A stretch of DNA of 64,000 bases from Macrostomum hystrix (taxonomy: Eukaryota > Animalia > Platyhelminthes). Of the stretch, positions 59,501 to 64,000 are shown piece after piece (the first letter of the stretch is position 1; every line of letters begins with the position of its first letter). Both the position numbers and the translations under genes were made by a program. The stretch is from assembly GCA_950097015.1 (NCBI GenBank), contig CATNEN010000029.1, positions 8,370,001 through 8,434,000 of the forward strand. The letters are read 5' to 3'. The notes under the pieces are model-generated. The model was not told the DNA's origin and made no database searches. It saw only the letters and a list, made by a program, of their open reading frames with translations.

Positions 59501-61871
59501 ACACATGAAGGGGAGATGACAGGCAGACACATGAAGGGGAGATGAGAGGCAGACACATGAAGGGGAGAGATGAGAGGCAGACACATGAAGGGGAGAGATG
59601 AGAGGGAGACACATGAAGGGGAGATGAGAGGGAGACACATGAAGGGGAGATGAGAGGGAGACACATGAAGGGGAGATGAGAGGGAGACACAGGAAGGAGA
59701 GATGAGAGGGAGACACATGAAGGGGAGATGAGAGGGAGACACATGAAGGGGAGATGAGAGGGAGACACATGAAGGAGAGATGAGAGGGAGACACATGAAG
59801 GGGAGATGACAGGCAGACACATGAAGGGGAGAGATGAGAGGGAGACACATGAAGGGGAGATGAAAGGGAGACATATGAAGGGGAGAGATGAGAGGGAGAC
59901 ACATGAAGGGGAGATGAGAGGGAGACATATGAAGGGGAGATGAGAGGGAGACACAGGAAGGGGAGATGACAGGCAGACACATGAAGGGGAGAGATGAGAG
60001 GGAGACACATGAAGGGGAGATGAGAGGGAGACACATGAAGGAGAGATGAGAGGGAGACACAGGAAGGAGAGATGAGAGGGAGACACAAGAAGGGGAGATG
60101 AGAGGGAGACATATGAAGGGGAGATGAGAGGGAGACACAGGAAGGAGAGATGAGAGGGAGACACAGGAAGGAGAGATGAGAGGGAGACACAGGAAGGAGA
60201 GATGAGAGGGAGACACATGAAGGGGAGATGAGAGGGAGACATATGAAGGGGAGATGAGAGGGAGACACAGGAAGGAGAGATGAGAGGGAGACACAGGAAG
60301 GAGAGATGAGAGGCAGACACAGTGAAGGAGAGATGACAGGCAGACACAGGAAGGAGAGATGACAGGCAGACACAGGAAGGAGAGATGAGAGGCAGACACA
60401 GGAAGGAGAGATGAGAGGCAGACACAGGAAGGAGAGATGACAGGCAGACACGTGAAGGAGAGATGAGAGGCAGACACATGAAGGAGAGATGAGAGGCAGA
60501 CACATGAAGGAGAGATGAGAGGCAGACACGTGAAGGAGAGATAAGAGGCAGACACATGAAGTGGAGAGATGAGAGGCAGACACATGAAGGAGAGATAAGA
60601 GGCAGACACGTGAAGGAGAGATGAGAGGCAGACACAGGAAGGAGAGATGAGAGGCAGACACAGGAAGGAGAGATGAGAGGCAGACACAGGAAGGAGAGAT
60701 GAGAGGCAGACACAGGAAGGAGAGATGAGAGGCAGACACAGGAAGGAGAGATGAGAGAGAGACATATGAAGGGGAGAGATGAGAGGCAGACACGTGAAGG
60801 AGAGATGACAGGCAGACACATAAAGGAGAGATGGGAGAAGTGCGCAAAGCTGCACTGTGAATTGTTTTAGGCAATTTGTGCTGCCACTGTACTGGCTCAT
60901 TTGGAGGTCGCGTGCAGTCCACGAGGATGGGCGAATGAAGGCAGAGAAAATGGCACAACCTTTTCGTTAGCGAACTCGGTCAATGAATCAGGGCTAATCT
61001 TCGAGGCCAGAACAGTGGCTATCAGTTTTGATAGCCGGGCTTAGCCAAACGCGAGCGGTGGTCTTGTCGGATTGCGGAGGGACTTGGTTGATTGAGTGGG
61101 GGGCTGAACTGCTGCCTCTTGGCTTCAGCCTCTTTGACACCCTAAAGGCGGTGGGGCAATAACACCTCGGCTTATCATGGGATCTTTTGGGCGCTTCCTA
61201 TGGTTTCGGAAATAGATGGCATAATGAGGGTATAGAATTTCCCCACCCCTGACTATGGACAAATTCATTCAACAACTAGATGAGAAGGATCTATGAATTT
61301 AGTGAATTTAGGACTATATCAGGATAATCAATGTCTAGATCGTGTCGATAAGGCAAATCCATGACTAGATCAAGACGAATCCATGACTAGATCAAGGCGA
61401 ATCCATGACTAGATCAAGACGAATCCATGACTAGATCAAGACGAATCCATGACTAGATCAAGACGAATCCATGACTAGATCAAGACGAATCCATGGCTAG
61501 ATCAAGACGAATCCATGACTAGATCAAGACGAATCCATGACTAGACCATGGGTAAATCAAGATGGAGAATGTGTTTAGCTAGTGAATCAAATTGAAATCT
61601 ACTATAACAAAATTGGCAATTTCGCATCCAGATCAAGGACTCGCCGACACTGCCGGGTCAAAATGTCACAACGGATCGCACAACCTGCGTATTCGATTCG
61701 TCAACAGACTATTACATGTGCAAGGCCAGCTATGCGTACTGTGCACCGTACACTGATCCGTACAAGCGGATTAGCGGCTGCGATTGGCACGCGGCAAATA
61801 AAGATCGATACAACAGGTGCGACACCGAGAACATCCAGCTGAAGGCCCAGAAGGGCGGCATCGGTGGTTGA
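56570..61871 (+). CDS. Timp: Tissue inhibitor of metalloproteinases (TIMP), antisense to synapsin (exons ...-56881, 57383-57489, 57584-57734, 58391-58566, 61632-61871; 5' structure ambiguous)
   Basis: CACRPHHPLHPQIAFCTSDF|VLKVR (C-x-C...HPQxxFC), DSCG, YLVTG|YVQDGKPMLSVCSWI, GCSKCK, and a C-domain ...CVFD...CKASYAYC...GCDW...YNRC. 12 Cys in total, as in canonical TIMPs. Intron phases 1,0,1,0 are compatible. Confidence 0.9.
56915..57280 (+). mobile_element. SINE family 2 copy in a TIMP intron
   Basis: Head ggtggcagagcgtttgcctctagcaccaaggttcctgagctcgattc; shared body; tail (tta)n at about 57250-57275. Confidence 0.85.
57965..58310. repeat. 30-bp minisatellite in a TIMP intron
   Basis: Unit tttttcttagaaacatctcccgcaagcaag. 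Confidence 0.95.
59350..60832. repeat. ~24-26-bp purine-rich minisatellite in the last TIMP intron
   Basis: Unit gagatgagag(g)(g/c)agacaca(t/g)gaagg(g/a). Confidence 0.97.
61361..61545. repeat. 22-bp minisatellite, ~8 copies, in the last TIMP intron
   Basis: Unit gactagatcaagacgaatccat. Confidence 0.95.
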
Positions 61872-62359
61872 ACTGCACATCAACTCCCCTCCAAACCCAA
61901 ACCAACTAAAAATACCATCGCAAACATTCGATCTGAGACAGTCGACTAAAATATTACGGTGTTATTTTTGTATGTCAATTCTATTGTATCCGTTTTCCTC
62001 ACCATCAACTGGCGACCGATGTGGTTACATAGAAGCGACAAAAAAGACAACAATGACCTTAATGAAGACAAAAATTGTTGTTGATTTATCATTGTTGGAT
62101 TCTTTCAGAGAGCTCGCCTATCGTTTCTGTTTACTCTTGTTCAATTTATTTTTCTTTGTTAAAATGAACTCTGATTAAAGATCATTATAATCTACCTCGG
62201 CTAAAGTTATCTTGCTTAATTCTTGTTTTTTATCTACCTAATCTGTCTAAAACGCTAATAGAACTTCTATTTTTTGTCTTCTGCCCTTTACGACAAGACA
62301 CGAAATTTTAAGGAATATACTTAAAATAAATTTTCCCTTGGATTTCATTGTCTGATAAT

Positions 62360-62552
62360 TTTAGCCTGGTAGTTAGAGCTTTGGACTTGTAAACCGAACG
62401 GTATAAGGGAGCTCTAATCTTAGTTCAAGGGAAACAATCTGCTAGTTATTGCTACAATTCACTCCGCTGAAATCTATAGCATTGGGCTAGAAATTCGGGT
62501 GGGTGTTTCGACTCACGCAGTCCACGAACTGAACAGTGGTACACAGCCTTTA
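62360..62552 (+). mobile_element. Degenerate SINE family 1 copy
   Basis: tagcctggtagttagagctttggacttgtaaac head and agtccacgaactgaacagtggtacacagcc tail match family 1. Confidence 0.55.
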
Positions 62553-64000
62553 GATAATGAAATAAAGTAATCAAGTAACCAAAAAAGTTCTATTATGACG
62601 AATAATTTTTAATTATAGTTTTTCAATTTGAACTTTTATATTTTTTATATACTAAATAATTATAATTTAATTTTATATTTACGCATTGAGTTATATTGAT
62701 AAAATTATTATTTTAATTATTAAATTTTAAAGAAATATTATATTAAAAAAATTATTAATTAATAGAATATTTAATAATAAGCAGATTAACGTTTGACATG
62801 AGCCCAGCAAAAGCTGCCACGCTCCGCATTACTCAGCCTTCAAACCTCATAGTCCAGAATGCATTTATAACTATTCCCCATATAGCAGACCCGATCAGCA
62901 GTCGTAGACTGGACATTCTCATTTCACGCTTCAGAGAAAAAAACTTAATTTTTTGTGTTTCTCTCTTTATTTATAATCTAATCCAATTCTACTATCAGCT
63001 GTCTGTTAGTGTAAACAATATAATGGATCTAAATTAGCAAAGCCGCTCATAATTCGCACTGTCCGTCCATTGCTTTGAGCTAAATTTATTATATTAATCT
63101 GCTTTCAGCTTAAATGGGTTCCCACGTTGGTTGGATTATCTAAAAATGACAACATGATCCCATGATTCCCACCATAGTCACTGGCTTATGTGTTTTTTAT
63201 AACCTTGAAATATTCGCAATATACGCACTTTCCAAAACAGTTTAATTCTATAACCGTCGACAACCTAATCCTAAGTCATATGTCAATTTCAAAGCCATGT
63301 CACCTCTCTCTAATAATCGCACTATTACGACCTGACCTATAAACGCTTTTTCTATCAACGCAAGATCCGGAAATAATTTGCGATAACTTATATATTTACG
63401 TCTGTCTATATGTGTACCTATATTTTTTGTTTGCGTATTTGGGTGTTTATGTGTGTTTTATCGGCTTTGCTTATAATCGGTTTGTTCTTTAGTTGTACCA
63501 GCAAACGATCAGTCACTTACATACTGCCCCCTTCTGTCTCTCTCAGCTGTCACTCCGTGTCTCGTCAATGAAAAATATATAAAAGTTTGCAAAAATCAAA
63601 AGGAAAAAAAGATGCACTCGGACAGCAAAGAAACAACTCGATCCCAAATGAGGAAAATTATATTATATTACGAGTTTTTATGCTCCGCGAAAATACTTTC
63701 TTTTCATATTTTTTTTTCTTTTAAAAAGTCGGCTATTGAAGCATCTTGGCAAAGTTTATCTTTTGATCGGCTGTCCCAATTAGTACTTAATAATAATAAT
63801 TTATGGGCTTATAGGTCAGAAACTAAATTTGGTTGCTTGTTGGTTGCCAACTGAAGCTGTGCGGCCCCTGGATCTTTGTAGACTGGCTAATGTGGGCGGC
63901 TGAAAATATGCATTTGCACGATCGATTGCTATACTGCAGCAAACTTGGAGAGAGAGAGATTACTGTTCTGTTCCGTTTTCTTGCCTTCAACTGCGAGTCC

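Noticed and set aside
59166-60958. Three overlapping 525-551-aa ORFs
   Set aside because: Satellite translations within the last TIMP intron
62798-63037. Short ORFs near the right end as synapsin 5' exons
   Set aside because: No synapsin A/B/C-domain motif in any minus-strand frame I examined

Overview
Eukaryotic (animal) genomic DNA with GC-rich spliced exons, AT-rich introns, and about 17 tandem-repeat arrays covering roughly a quarter of the window. The style suggests a flatworm such as Macrostomum, but that is inference only. I built the gene models by hand from GT-AG sites and reading-frame phase. Genes: (1) a goliath/RNF130-type PA-TM-RING ligase (5' part only, minus strand); (2-4) three tandem minus-strand paralogues (A 4491-8620, B 9413-12278, C 13339-17352) sharing degenerate RRM-like domains and a conserved PFxFPCHN(L/I)(L/I)PW...PFxCxCHP Cys/His module that I cannot assign to a known family; (5) an 11-repeat non-classical cadherin with two alternative cytoplasmic tails; (6) a C7orf57-like gene; (7) a gene with a ParB/sulfiredoxin-like N-terminus and an acidic tail; (8) the 3' half of synapsin (minus strand); (9) a 12-Cys TIMP on the opposite strand, apparently nested in a synapsin intron. 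Also present are two MITEs with perfect TIRs and 8-bp TSDs, two tRNA-derived SINE families, and a sharply bounded ~2 kb CpG desert upstream of paralogue C. The best candidate for an undescribed system is the RRM + Cys/His paralogue cluster. Most long ORFs in the supplied track above 35 kb are tandem-repeat artefacts. Family assignments come from remembered motifs, not database searches.
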